Source: the human T2T-CHM13v2.0 reference genome, Homo sapiens. From it: 64,000 bases of DNA. This document shows positions 1 to 15,911 of this stretch, piece after piece. Within the stretch, counting starts at the first letter, position 1; each line of letters begins with the position of its first letter. The notes under the pieces are model-generated. The model made no database searches, was not told where the DNA came from, and saw only the letters and a list, made by a program, of their open reading frames with translations. The stretch lies in NCBI RefSeq assembly GCF_009914755.1, contig NC_060934.1. One strand, 5' to 3'. The position numbers were made by a program, and so were the translations under genes.

Positions 1-185
1 TTTGCTTTCCTCTTTGTTGTTGTAAGAAAAATGTCCCACTCACTAGTCTGGATTACTCTGTTGCAAAATTAAGGGATCTGAAACATCTCAAGCTTTAAAA
101 ATGTTTGAGCATAGCTTCTCACTAAAATAATGAGCCCTGTGTATCTATTGCACCGTAATCTCTAATATTTAAAATGATAAAGGAC

Positions 186-262
186 TTCTAGTTCAAACCC
201 ATTATTTTCAATTGAGAAAATTAAAGTCCACTGAGGTGTAGTCAATTGCCAGCTAGTGAGTC
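186..262 (-). mobile_element. MIR-family SINE fragment
   Basis: tctagttcaaacccattattttcaattgagaaaattaaagtcc resembles the reverse complement of the MIR core; very diverged. Confidence 0.5.
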
Positions 263-779
263 AAGGAAGTGTTAAGGTTATCGTCTTATGCTAGATAGAG
301 CCTGGGAAAGGAGGTGGGTCTTGGAAATTTGCGGTTCATAACAGGGTTGTCTGTGGGGCTGGCAGAAAGGTAGAATATGACTCTGTGGATAGAGATCAGG
401 GAAAAAATAAAGACTGCAGATTTGGGGCTGTATCCATGTATAGGAAACATGAGCCTGACAAAAAATAGAGATGCAGAATGAGGGAAGGTGTGGTCACTTC
501 TGTAAAAATCTTTCAAACACTGATTTTTGAACAATTCATTGCTCTTCTGCAGTTGAAAGAATCCCAAAGGAATGACACCTGAATGGAAAACCTCCAAAGA
601 TCCCTTCTGGTTGGAGGCCCTGGGTCTCCAATTGACCCTTCAAATATATTATTCTGTTCTTTTGTGCATTTCTCTTTTTATTGCAAAGAAAGAAAATTAA
701 AACTATCATGAATGTATTTAAAAATTTTATTAGTCTGAACATGACCACTTTATTGATTACTTTATTGATTATGACATTC

Positions 780-937
780 TTTTTTTTTTTCAGACGGGGT
801 CTTGCTTTGTCACCAGGCTAGGGTGCAGTGGTACAATCATAGCTCACACTGTCTCTCAAATTCCTGGACTCAAGCGATCCTCCCTCCATAGCCTCCCAAA
901 GTACTGGGATTACGAGTGTGAGCCACCATACCTGGCT
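780..937 (-). mobile_element. Alu monomer (FRAM-like)
   Basis: poly-T followed by a single right-arm-type monomer ending cctggct; flanked by imperfect TSD gattatgacattct / gattatgaaactct. Confidence 0.85.
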
Positions 938-1427
938 GATTATGAAACTCTTAAATACCACTCACACACATGACTTAAGGCTATTTTTGATGATGTACAG
1001 TAGCACTGTATCCATTCCTGGACACCAGTCTTTGAAGAGTGTTTGGCTCTGTCCCATATATACCTATTGATACAATGTTTTGAGTGTTTATTTATGATAT
1101 AAATATATTTATAATTTTATAAGTAATATACATAATTGCTATAATATTAAGTATCATGTACATTATAGGGAGGAGTCTCAGAAGTAATTTAAGGAAGATG
1201 TATTTGTTTGTCTCCAGCCTGAGTGGTGCAACTACATGAGCTTACAGCATTCCTTGAATTACAGATGGCTCATACCTGGGGATACAGATTAGCCTTTCCT
1301 CCTGTGAACTGAAGGCTTCCATTTGTCTAGGTACTGGGTAGAGATAATTTTAGTGTCTCTTTGAGGAATATTATCTTTAGCAAACTTGTTTTCTCTCTTA
1401 CAACCTCTCCTTTACACCATTTGTTAA

Positions 1428-1747
<320 letters not shown>

Positions 1748-1776
1748 CATTTGTTAATTTAAAATGACACATTTAT

Positions 1777-2151
<375 letters not shown>

Positions 2152-3184
2152 TCAGTATATTCATTAGAGTCCTAAAATTTATACTATCTTGTATTGTACT
2201 CTTTTGACTTCAGAATGTCATCAAAAAATTTGCTTCTGTTAACAATATAATCCTACTTTCAATTGCTTTTTAATAATCTTGGGTACTTTGAGACTGTAAT
2301 TTAGCTAGTCTCCAAATTTGGGACATATATGAGATTTTTTTTTTTTTTTTGCCATCATAGAGAACTCTACATGAATCAGGTTTCTGTCTTTATCCTTCAT
2401 GCTTCTGTTGCACTATTTCCTTGGTGTGACATGCCGTAGTCAAGAAGTAGAAGCATGTATTCTTGTCATTATAATTTCCTATTTTTCTGTGAACATTTTG
2501 AAATACTGGGTTGGTGTAGCTCTTAGCTGTCACTGTCAAATCACCCCCAGTGTGAGCCCACACGTTCAAGATTATTTCTCTTTTTCTCATTTCAACTCTG
2601 AGTTAGTTCCAGGATATGGTTGTATCTCTGCAAGATTGTCAGCTCCACTGAGTGCCTCCACTCACATAGATGAGTGGGGTCCCTGCCCAGTGCTTCAGGT
2701 AGCAGTTCTTCTCTACACAATCAATGATGTTACCACTGCATGAAGCTCCCTGAAAGTGTGCGTATGGAGTAGTCCTCGCACACAGGCTGAAAGACATATC
2801 TAGCTATGTTGGGCAACTAGTCCCCTCAGAAAATGATTGCCTCAGGAACAAATATTTAAGTTGAATTGTTAAGTGTGGCTGCTACCATCGTCAATGGAAG
2901 AGAACCAAAGCACTCACTATTACAAAGGGGCCTCTAGTGGCCAAAACTCTCAGCTCTGAACGTTGTTCCTTTGTCCTCCTCTCTACATCCTCCTGAGAGA
3001 ATGGTACTTCAAGATTTCATAGGGCAAATCTCCAACTTCCTTTTGGAAAATACATGCTTTACCAGGACGCATCATCTGTCCACGTGAGGAACAATGGAGG
3101 AGACCATAATACTCTAAATCTGGAATATGTCAGTTGACCTGAATGCCATGGGGAGATTCAGCTGACCATATAGGATAAGCAGGG

Positions 3185-3871
<687 letters not shown>

Positions 3872-5659
3872 CAATGGCACTACAAGTTAGTTTCCATTTA
3901 CAAATGAGCACTGAAACCAATAAGATTTGGGTAACTGATATGGAATCACAAAAAAAAATCTAACCTGAAGCAATTTTACAGTAAGTTGGTTATACTGTCA
4001 ACTAGTGTGACAGTAATAGAATTGGAGTCTCAGGAGAAAGAATATCTACAATGAGTTCATCTCTAGGTATTTTGAGCTTTTCTTTTTGAACTTCCTCTAC
4101 GAGAGTTTTAAAGTAAGTTATCCATATTTTACAGAAAACTTCAAGGATTCTAGCTGGAAGGAGAAGAAATTATCAAGTTTCTAAATATCAGATCTTACTT
4201 TATTCACTATTTGAAGTGATGGAAATCAGATTGCAGTTCAATTTTTTTTTTTAAAGACTGTACTCCTCTCCTCTGCCAAAGCTCATGCAAAGCCAGGAAA
4301 ACAAATATTGATTTTTATTTTCTCTCATCTCTTTCAGTCCAACCTGGTTTTCAGTAGTATTGAAATCAGATGTACTTCATATTGATCTGGGTCTTGAACC
4401 AGTATAATCCCTGATTAACACAATTGAAATAACCATCATCAAGGTGGTTCTAAAGATAGAGAGGAAACAGTGTGGACGCAATACATTTCTGCTGTTTGCT
4501 GTGGCTTCCTGGTTCTGTGAATTATGCATTGGATCTTGGGCAGGAAAAAATACAGCCAGATCCTGCCATCATTTTATGAAATTAGGGTGAGATATTTGGA
4601 AGTAGCACGCCCATCACCAACACTGTCAAATCATTAGTCCATCTGAATGTCTGGTAAATTTAGGTAGAAATATTTGGTGTTATCATTGCCTTCCAATCTC
4701 GTCTATCTCAAATGCTGTATCAATGTTGACTCTGACAATAGTAAGGGAAGGCTGGACAATCTGGAAGGATGGGTAAGGCTTAGCACAGGTGAACAGCTGT
4801 ATATATAACCAGAAAGGCAGGGCTATCAATTTGAGTCCTCTGTCTATAAGAGAGGGTGAACTTTACAAGATAAATATGCCTTATCCTCAGCTGAGCACAG
4901 AAGACCCATTAAAGCAAAAAGGTAACTCAGGCAATAATCATCATGGCTTGGTAAAAAGCAGTTCTGATAGACTTAATCTTTAAGGCAGAAGGACGACAGG
5001 CTGGTGGTTTTATGAGAAAGTAATGAATCCTTTTGACAATTGTATAAGACCTAAGTCAGAGTTTTAAAAATGGTTCCCAGAGACACTGTTTTGGCTTTGT
5101 TCTTAGTCACATCCCTTCATTCAGGTTAGCTATCTGCCTGCCCTGCAAAGCCCGCCTCTTTTGTGAAGCTTTTCCTGACCACACCAGTATCTGCTGATTT
5201 ATCATCTTCTCTAATCTCTGAACTAACTGTTCAGAGGGATGAACACAGTAAATACTAATACATGCCGTATACACTCCACCCTCTCCCGGCCTCTCAAGTT
5301 GTTTGTAAACTCTATTTTATAGTTACAGTCCACCCAACAGTACAGGTGGACTCAGCACCATGTGTGTTTAATTTGTTGCCCCACTTTGCCAGATCCATAC
5401 AACATCAATGGTATCATATTTATCATTGCACTGCCCATTGTCTGTAGTATTCTGCAGTGCACATAGTACAAAACATTACAGCTGAATTTTAAAGAATGAT
5501 TTAACATTCACCAGGGAAATTATGAAATACAATCCATATGAAATATGTAATCCTTAGCATTAGGACAGCTTCTTTCTAAACCCTGACTTGTCCTCACCTC
5601 TCAAAGGTCATGTGTAATCCTAGCCACTCTCAAATGTTTTTGTCCACTCCAGGTCTCAG

Positions 5660-6136
5660 CCTATTAGCACATCCTAGTTCCCTGGCCATGTTGATTGGTT
5701 CAGAACTAGTTACAGTATCCAATTAAAAACAATGAGATTTTTTTCTTGAGGTATCTGAGAAAAAGATGTTCACATTTCCCGGCTGGATCCGAAACCTCAG
5801 AGTAGGTAGGGTCTGGAGAGCCTGTCCTCAACTTGCTCTTCCCCAATGCCTGGGATGAAACAGAGTAAAGTGAAGGAGAGAAACTGATTCATGATGATTA
5901 CATGGTGCATTCTACTTCCCTGTAGGATGTAGAGAAAGACGATTCCCTACTTTCCTACTTCTCAAGTTATATGGGTCAATTGATTTCTTTTTCTTTTACA
6001 TCTTTTTCTTTTCTCCTTCCTTTCTTCCTTCTTAATTTCCTGCCTTCGAAGCTTCTTTCATTTCTTTTTTTATTTAACTTAAGCCTACTTGGACTGTGAT
6101 TTCTCTCACTTTTCACTAAGAGTACTACTCAATACC
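5660..6136 (+). mobile_element. old MaLR LTR (MLT1J/K/L-like)
   Basis: cctggccatgttgattggttcag and a 3' end ttaagcctacttggactgtgatttctctcact...caatac; 5' boundary uncertain. Confidence 0.6.
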
Positions 6137-7694
6137 CAACTTGAGTTGATCCTGTTTCTCTTTGGTACAAGAGTACAATTGTAGTTTATTCATATGTTCA
6201 TAGTTGGACAAATTAATGTGTCTACAGCCCAACGGCAAACTATTGATATAAATGCAGTATCTCCTGTTTTTCTAAATGGTGTCCAGATTTGTAGAGATAC
6301 ATTTGTCTATGTTGTGAGAATTGAAAGCCTTTCATGCATAACTTGAATGCTCTGTTTATGTAAGTAATTTGGCATTTCTTTTCATGTGCAAAGGGTTCCT
6401 TTGATTTTGAATGCACAGGCTGTGACACTAAGCAGAGAAGATGAGAATCAGACCGGGGAAGAATAAATTTCCTTTGTATATGACTATACAAAGTTTTAAA
6501 ACTTTATCTCCCTCAGCTCGGTATTTAATAGACATTGAAGACAGGAAGTAGGGAGCTGTGACTGGCTGTACTCGACTTTTCCCCAATACAGTTATTCAAT
6601 TTCTATATATGCTACCCTGACAGGCTTATTTCAATTTTAGTCATAAACAAAATTTACGTTTTGACTTGAAGTGGGTCAAAATCAGTGTCAGCATTTTGTT
6701 TTGTAATATGCCCTTCACATCGTTGTACCTTTGCCATAATCAGCCAGAGTCAGAGAAAATTATCATCCCTCCCTAGTGGGTGCTCAACTTAAAAACCAGC
6801 AGAGAAGATTTTTTTTTTTGTAAAGAATCAACAAAGTATGAAAATGAAATGTCAAATGATGAAAATTATATGATTCAGGTTTGGGATGCTGGATCTTTAT
6901 TTTCAGGGACTTATTTCAAATCCAGGTACAAGTCTACAGTTAGTTTTAGGAATTTTAGTGAGCAATGGGCAAATAAGTTAATGCTAGTAAAAGATTGCCA
7001 TATTACTGCATTTTGTTATTGAAATGCTAATTTATAAGTAGCAAATTAGCATTTAAAAAGACACAATTTTTGTTAAAATAGTGGCCTTTCTTACATTTTG
7101 TATTAGAGCTTTACTTTTTTTCTGCTTTAAGCTTCACAATGCAGTGGCAGCTTGTTTCACTTGAGCGTTCTTATTGATTATAACTGCTGGTATGAGGCAA
7201 TCTGTGCTTCCCTTGTGTTCTGCCTAACAGAGGTTATTTCTTTGCATGATATGGAGATGGATATGGAAGAATCTGGGCTGTCAGGGAAGGAAGTGAGAGC
7301 CAGAGAGGAGAAAGCAGCCAGGGGGTGGAGTGGTGAGCCTAATTCCCAGCTCTTAGACAATGAGATAGCTAGGAGCAAACCTCTGTTCATTCTTGCCTGA
7401 CAGTTGTCATGGCAACTCTCAATCCAGTGACCTCTTTTAGTTCTCTAATAAACGAGTTGAATATTTGTTAAGTTTTTGGTTTGTTTGTTTTTAGTATCTA
7501 ATTCTCTTTGAGATGATCAAGCTGCAAACTGATTCCATACCTTATTGATTCAGACTTTGTAAAAAGATATTATGCAAAGTTGAAGATGTGTAGATTTAAA
7601 CATTTCAATCTTTCTTTTAAGAGAATTTTCTCCACAATAGGAAGGCATGTGGGCATTTTATGGTCTTAGCCAACATAAGCATTACACTTATGAA

Positions 7695-7862
7695 ATTGGT
7701 CTAGCCTTCTAGGCTCCTGCCCCAGTGAGGTCCCTCCTCAGTTCTGTGATCATAGGCAAGTCAGTTCCCTGCCCCAGCTCTTTGCCCTCTTCCATGGCAT
7801 GGTGGGGTTGAAATTGACAGAGTCACATTTCCCTTCTGACTTTAAAGCTTTCTGACTCTGAA
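7695..7862 (+). mobile_element. MIR3/MIRc-like fragment
   Basis: ctgtgatcataggcaagtca core and cccttctgactttaaagctttctgactctg 3' end. Confidence 0.5.
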
Positions 7863-8774
7863 TACATAATATATAAGTGGGTTTCTCTTTTTGACATTAC
7901 ATACTGTAGTGAAGTACAGTCCTGTAACAGGCATCTGCAGACTACAGACGCACGTTACCATGCAGATTGCTATTAATGTACAGTTCTCTCCATTTAATTT
8001 GCTGTGGTTTCCAAGACTACTATATTTTTTATTGAGAATACTAATAGCCTGTGTGAGGTATGAAATGAATACATAGTTTCAATAGGACTGGGTTAGTGAC
8101 TGTTGGAGAAAATATCTTGAATTAGAGTACACTGTTTTATTGTTTATAGCTATCAGAAAGTTCTCCTGTGAGGACAATAATATAATGATCTCTATCCTAC
8201 TATGTGCTACACTTTATTTAATTGGTTGAGATGAACATATGTTGATTAAGAATAAATTTTTAAAATTTTACTAAATTTGAGAAAAGCAACAAAGTATGAG
8301 GAAAACATATATGCCAACAACTGAAAATAAAAAGCAGGTGATTCCATTGTTTTTTAATGAAGCACCAGTCATTTCCGTTGGGATTAGAATCCATTGTGCT
8401 AGGAAAGTATTTACAGCATGATGCTGCCATATTTGAATAAAGAAGGGACGAGTGGATTGCCTAAATGGGGTTGAAACCATGTCAGGAGCACATTACAACA
8501 TAAACCAGAACTCAGCTGAGTATCCAATAATGTTAATGGGGGCAAAACAAGACTTATTACCATTTGAACTCTGTATATCTGAAATGGGAATCCGATAACA
8601 TGGCAGAAATAACGTTTGGTTTGGGACTAAAAACATCCTAGAGTGTATCTAAGGGCTTAAGTATTCATGAATTTTGTTTGTACACTTACATTATGTGTTG
8701 TGTTAGAAAAGGCAGAAAAAGGTAGTGCTTCATGTTTGGTTGCAAAGACTCCTGCCTCAGCCTTGTTACACAGG

Positions 8775-8880
8775 AGCATAACGGTGCAGTGTGAAGCATT
8801 TAAGACAAAAACGTTTTAGAGTCAGATCTGAGTAAAATCTGAGATTTCACACTTCCAGCAGTGTAACCTAAGACTAGTTT
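8775..8880 (+). mobile_element. MIR 5' fragment
   Basis: ttttagagtcagatctgagt...cacttccagcagtgtaacct. Confidence 0.55.
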
Positions 8881-8947
8881 GTTTTTTTTTTAATTTCTGC
8901 TGAGGCAAAATTTTATTTTTTTCTCTTTCTTCCATTTCATTGTAACC

Positions 8948-9775
8948 TTTTAAAAATTGTGATAAGATATACATAATATTTTTCAGTGCAACCATTCAAA
9001 CATGTGGCTTATCCATTGATCGGTAGTCTTAGATACATTCACAATGTCGCGTAACTATTATCACTGTCTATATCCCCGATTTTCCTATCATCTCCAAAAA
9101 CAACTTTGTAACCATGAAAGAATAACTTCTCCTTCTCCTCCTCCTCATGCCACCTGCAGCCATGGTAACCTCTATTGTACTTTCTGTCTCTATGAATTTG
9201 CCTGTTTTAGGTAGCTCATGTAAGTGTAATCATATATTTGTCCTTCAGTGTCTGGTGTATTTCACTAAGCATGGTTTCAAGGTCCATTCATGTTCTAGCA
9301 TTTTTCAAGATTTCCTTCCTTTTTAAGGCTGAATTGGATTCCATTGCATGCATATACCACACTTTATCTGTTCATCTGCTAAATAGTTGATTTGGTTGCC
9401 TCTGTCCCTTGGCTGTTGTGAATAATGCTCCCAAGACCAGCTGTACAAACAGATATTCGAGTCTCTGATTTCAATTTTGTGTGTATATGCCAAAAAATTG
9501 AATTGCTGAGTCATATGGTAATTCTATTTTTAGTGTTTTTGAGGAACTACCATGCTGTTTCCACAGCAGCTGCGCCATTCCTGCCAACAATGCATAGGTG
9601 TTCTAATTTCTCCACGTTCTCACCGACACTTGTGATTTTGTGTTTTTATTTTAAATAATAACCATCTTAATGGATGTGAAACAGTAAGTTGGATTTGCAC
9701 TTTCCCAGTAGTCAATTATGTTGAGTGTCCCCTCATGCACCTATTAGTCATCAATATATCTTACTTGGAGAAATG
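8948..9775 (-). mobile_element. L1MB-type LINE-1 3' end
   Basis: ggtaacctctattgtactttctgtctctatgaatttgcct, ttttaaggctgaa and ttttgaggaactaccat are L1MB 3'UTR/ORF2-end motifs. Confidence 0.85.
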
Positions 9776-9854
9776 GTGTGAAAGGGTATACAGTTTTCAA
9801 GGTTGAAACATGACAATAATTAGGATGATTGGACAATTTAGTGAAGAAAAAATA

Positions 9855-10122
9855 TTATTACTATAGTTAACATTTTTTTGGCACTTATTCCGTGCCAGGC
9901 TGTTACTAATGCTATAAGTGCATGATCTCAATCAACTTTTACTATGAAGTTGAAGACTATGAAGGTGCCTTTATTATGATTTCTATTGTTCACTTAAAGA
10001 CATGGCATCTCAGGGTCAACAAGTATCTTGGCTTATGTTGCACAGCTTGTAAGTGGCAGAAACCTGATGCAAATTAGTTCTGCCTGACTTCAAAGCATTT
10101 GGCTGTTAACTGCTATGCCATG
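9855..10122 (-). mobile_element. MIR, near full length
   Basis: gcacttattccgtgccaggc...cacagcttgtaagtggcaga...tgacttcaaagc. Confidence 0.75.
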
Positions 10123-10200
10123 TTGTCTAATGCATGGCTTGTTGCCTAATAGCCTGTCAATATATGTTAAAAATCCATTATCCCCACCCTCAACTGAACC

Positions 10201-10236
10201 CACACACACACACGCACACACACATGCACATGCACA
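10201..10236. repeat. imperfect (CA)n microsatellite
   Basis: cacacacacacacgcacacacacatgcacatgcaca. Confidence 0.9.
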
Positions 10237-10469
10237 TTCCTCAACTTTCAAGCATCATTTTCATCCTAGTATAAAATGATACCCACCCACCCCCTACCCA
10301 AGATTCCCAATCTTCAGTCATCTGTCATGTAATTTCATTCATGTGCCTTGGAGAGGATTCCCTAAATTTATTTCCACAAAGAGGCATATCTTAATTAGGT
10401 CTGTTGGGAGATCATTCTACATGGGTCTCTTGTATTTCTGTTTCTATAGCAGGAGAAGCACTATGAAAT

Positions 10470-10565
10470 TTGTTTGGATTATATGTTGAAGGACATTTGT
10501 AGAGCAAATAACCTTGGAGAAGGAGATACTATGTCTTTCTTCCAGTATATTAAAGACAAGGTTTC
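10470..10565 (+). mobile_element. possible L3/CR1 3' fragment
   Basis: gttgaagga...accttggagaaggagatactatgtctttcttccagtatattaaag resembles the CR1 ORF2 C-terminal region. Confidence 0.35.
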
Positions 10566-12069
10566 CATTTGGGGAAAAAGTCAGGGCATTTTCTTGCAGC
10601 CCAGTGTAAAAGATCCAGGTTCTTGAAGATTGGAATTCCTCAGCTTTGACACAAACTACTAAATTGGGCAGCATCTGCCTGGACTGCTTGGTGCTGTTGC
10701 TGCCATGGAACATAAAGGGGTGAGGGAAACTGGTGCAAACATGAAGTGCATATTACTTGTCTTTTTTCTTTCCATGTGCAATGAAGGCCCAGAAGTCTTG
10801 GGTCTTCTGCCAGCATTCATGAAACTGTGGCAGGGTCACCTGTTAGCTTGCAAGTGAGATAAAGCCTTAGACTCATTACTCTTCTTGTCAAGGTCTAAGA
10901 TTTATTAATAGCCTTCCATGCACACCAGGCAGCATGCTTTACCTATATCATTTCATTCATGCACTCTGAGATATTTACTGTTATCATCCTCATTATTCAG
11001 ATAAGGACACAATGCCTAAACAATTAACTTACTAGGCTGTCTGATACAATGTGTTCCTCATAAGTCAAATGTAGATCCCACAGCAACTTGGTATATAGCA
11101 TCTGATAACTTGAACTAAACATACCATTTATCTGGCTAATACACATGAAGGTGTAGACTCATGTACGCAAACATTTTGTACCCTTCTACCATTGTGAATC
11201 TTGCACCTCAGGTGCCAATCTCTTTAACTTGGGTTATGAGAAATTGTAGTTAAAGTTGGCAGTAATTAATAATTTTGAGCTTATTCCAGTTTAATTAACC
11301 ATATATATGTAATTACTGGGGCATTATGAAAGACTTCTGACATTGAGGAAATAGATATGAAAGCAGCATCCATACGCACTTGATTCTCACTTGAATTACA
11401 CTCATTGCTCATATGCCAGGTGGGGTGTCTCACAACAACCCACTTCTTGTATCAAATAATGCATGTGTTAGAATCCATAAAACATGAATTTCTAATCATG
11501 TAGGCCACCTCTTCACTGGAGAATCTTCTCTCTAAGCTTTAGGCTTTATATTTCAATAGAACATTTTAATACATATCTAGATGATTAAATATAAGCCTTC
11601 CATGACAGTGTCCAGGTGGGAGAACCTGTCAGGGGAGATAATTTGGGAGTGGAGAACCAATATTTTTGGCAGCCACCACTGACATACCCTAACTTGTCTT
11701 GTCAACTGTCCTTGGTTTGAGACACTGAGTGTGTGGAAATTGCTTTAATGCCTTTGAAATGTCCAAAACGCCAAATATTACTTAAAATGTAAAGCCTCTT
11801 CATAGTTAACAAAGAGACATTAACCTTCTGCTTTGTAAACTCCATGTAAATTACGACACAAATGTAAGGTATTATTATACTCACATTTATTGACAATGAA
11901 ACCTTTTACTAGGTGCTTTTGGTTCATATTGAAAGAGACTTTGAGAGCCATTAATGGATATTAAAGAGGTGTAATTTAAATATGTCTACATAATAAAAGC
12001 ATGAAATTAGAAGTATATTATCTTTTTATGAGATTTGTATGTTTGTGATGGCCTTATATTGAATTGCAG

Positions 12070-12870
12070 TCACTAATCATCAGAGAAATGCAAATTAAAA
12101 CCATCATGAGACACTGTCTTACAGCATCAGAATGACTATTATTAAAAAGTCAAAATATAACAGATGCCGATGAGCATGCGCAAAATAGGAACACTTGTGC
12201 ACTGTTGCTGGAAATGTAAATTAGCACAATCTCTATGGTAAAAAGTATGACGATTTCTCAGAGAACTAGAAATAGATCTACCTTTTGATCTAGCAGTTCC
12301 CCTGCTGGGTATCTACCCAAAGGAAAAGAAATTGCTATATCAAAAAGAAACCTGCATTTGTATGTTTATCACAATAGGAAAAGGAAAAGTACAGAATCAA
12401 TCTAAGTGTCCATCAATGGATGGTTGGATAAAGAAAATGTGATGTGTGTATATATATCTGTCACATTTCATGGCGAGATATATATATCACATTTCATGGT
12501 GTATGTATATATTCAGCCATTAAAACAGGGTGAAATCATGTTTCTTGCAGCAACATATTAATAGATGGGACTAGAGGTCATTATCTTAAGTGAAACAACT
12601 CAGAAACAGAAAGTCAAATACTGCATGTTCTCACATATAAGTGGACCTAAATAATGTGTAGAAATGGACATACAGTATGGAATAATAGACACTGGAGACT
12701 CAGAAGGGTGAGAGGGAGTTGAGGGCTGTGAAATTACTTAATGGTTACAATGCACATTATTTGGGGGATAGTTACACTAAAAGCCCTGACTTGACCCCTA
12801 TGCAATATATTCATGTGGCATAACTGGACTTGTGCCCCATAAATTTATACAATTTTTTTTAAATGAAAAA
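12070..12870 (+). mobile_element. L1MA1-3/L1PB4-type LINE-1 3' end
   Basis: tcactaatcatcagagaaatgcaaattaaaacc through actaaaagccctgacttgacccctatgcaatat and a degenerate A tail. Confidence 0.9.
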
Positions 12871-12949
12871 CCTGGAGCTTTCCCTTGGCTCCTTTTCCTG
12901 GAAGCTTTCTCACATCCTACTGTGTGAAATTTGGATGCTTTTGGGAACC

Positions 12950-13120
12950 TGAAGATAAAGGCTATAGCTACACCTTAAGGATGCCCAAGCTGTTTCTGTA
13001 AGGAGACTGAGCTTGTAAGGTTTTTAATAGAAAAATGCGAACTAACCTAGCAGCCCTGGACTTCATGTTTCTGTACTTTTACATGGGAGAAAAATAAGCT
13101 TTCTATCTTGCTTAAGCCAA
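12950..13120 (+). mobile_element. MLT1-like LTR 3' fragment
   Basis: ttttacatgggagaaaaataagctttctatcttgcttaagcca. Confidence 0.5.
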
Positions 13121-13150
13121 AAAAAAAAATGAGAGAAGCATTTTATTTGT

Positions 13151-14745
<1,595 letters not shown>

Positions 14746-15184
14746 CACAGATTTAAAAGAAAAAATTTAAAATTTACATACAGTAAAATTCCCTTTTTGA
14801 GGTGCAGTTTTCTGAGTTTTGACAAATGCATAGAGTAACTACCACCACGATTAGATACAGAACAATTTCCTTATCCCAAAATTTCTTTTGTGTTACCCAT
14901 TTATAGTTAATTCCTCTCTTTTTTCAATCTCTGGCAACTGTGTCGCTATAATTTTGTTACCTGTTCCTATAATTTTGGCTTTTTCAGAATGTCATATGAA
15001 TGAAAATGAACACTCTTGAGTCTGAATTCTTTCACTTAGCATAATGTATTTGAGAATCATCCTTTCATTTATTAATATGTCTTCATATTTTTGCTCAGTG
15101 ATATTCAATTGTATCTTTGTTTCATCATTTGTTTATCTATTCCCTTATTGAAAGACGTTTATGTTATTTTCAGTTTCCAGATGG

Positions 15185-15185
<1 letters not shown>

Positions 15186-15220
<35 letters not shown>

Positions 15221-15380
15221 CCAGATACATATATATATATATCTGTAATATATATATATATATCTGTAATATATATATCTGTAATATATATATGTGATAT
15301 GTATCTGTAATATATATGTTAGATACAGATATATGTTATATATATCTGTGATATATATATATAGGCACACCCATATATAT
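15186..15380. repeat. (CA)n followed by TA-rich (TATATC/TGTAA) compound microsatellite
   Basis: direct inspection. Confidence 0.95.
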
Positions 15381-15801
15381 AAAGCTCTTATGCACATTAG
15401 CATATGGCTTTTGGGTGAACATACAGTTTGATTTATCTTAGGTAAAGACCTAGGAGTGGAATTGCTGGGTCATATGATACATGCATGTTTAACTTCATAA
15501 GAAACTGCCATACTATTTTGCATTATCACCAGCAGTGAGTGAGAGTTCTTGTTGTGCCACATTCCTGACAGCATTTGGTAGTATCAGATGTTTTTGTTTG
15601 TTTTTTAAAAATTGTAGCCATTCTAATACATGTGTAGTAGTATGTTGTGGTTTTAATTTACATTTGCCTAATGAATAATGGTGTTGAACATATGTTTGTG
15701 ATTATTTGCCACCAGTATATATTCTTTGATAAAGTCTCTGTTTGGGTCCACTTTTAATCGGGTCATTTGTTTCCTTATCATTTCATTTTGAAAGTAGTTA
15801 T

Positions 15802-15868
15802 TGTTAAGTCTGAAACCGAGAAGGATCTGAGACCTTATCCTATTGTGAGCTAACAATGTAGTCTGCCA

Positions 15869-15911
<43 letters not shown>

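Noticed and set aside
2398-2457. 60-nt hairpin (catgcttct...agaagcatg), pre-miRNA-sized
   Set aside because: Only 9-10 bp of contiguous stem with a poorly paired interior; several such stems are expected by chance in 64 kb and I recognise no miRNA.
10425-10626. Acceptor-like site followed by an open frame EKHYEICLDYMLKDICRANN...
   Set aside because: No convincing donor, no protein recognised, and the sequence resembles a decayed L3/CR1 3' region.
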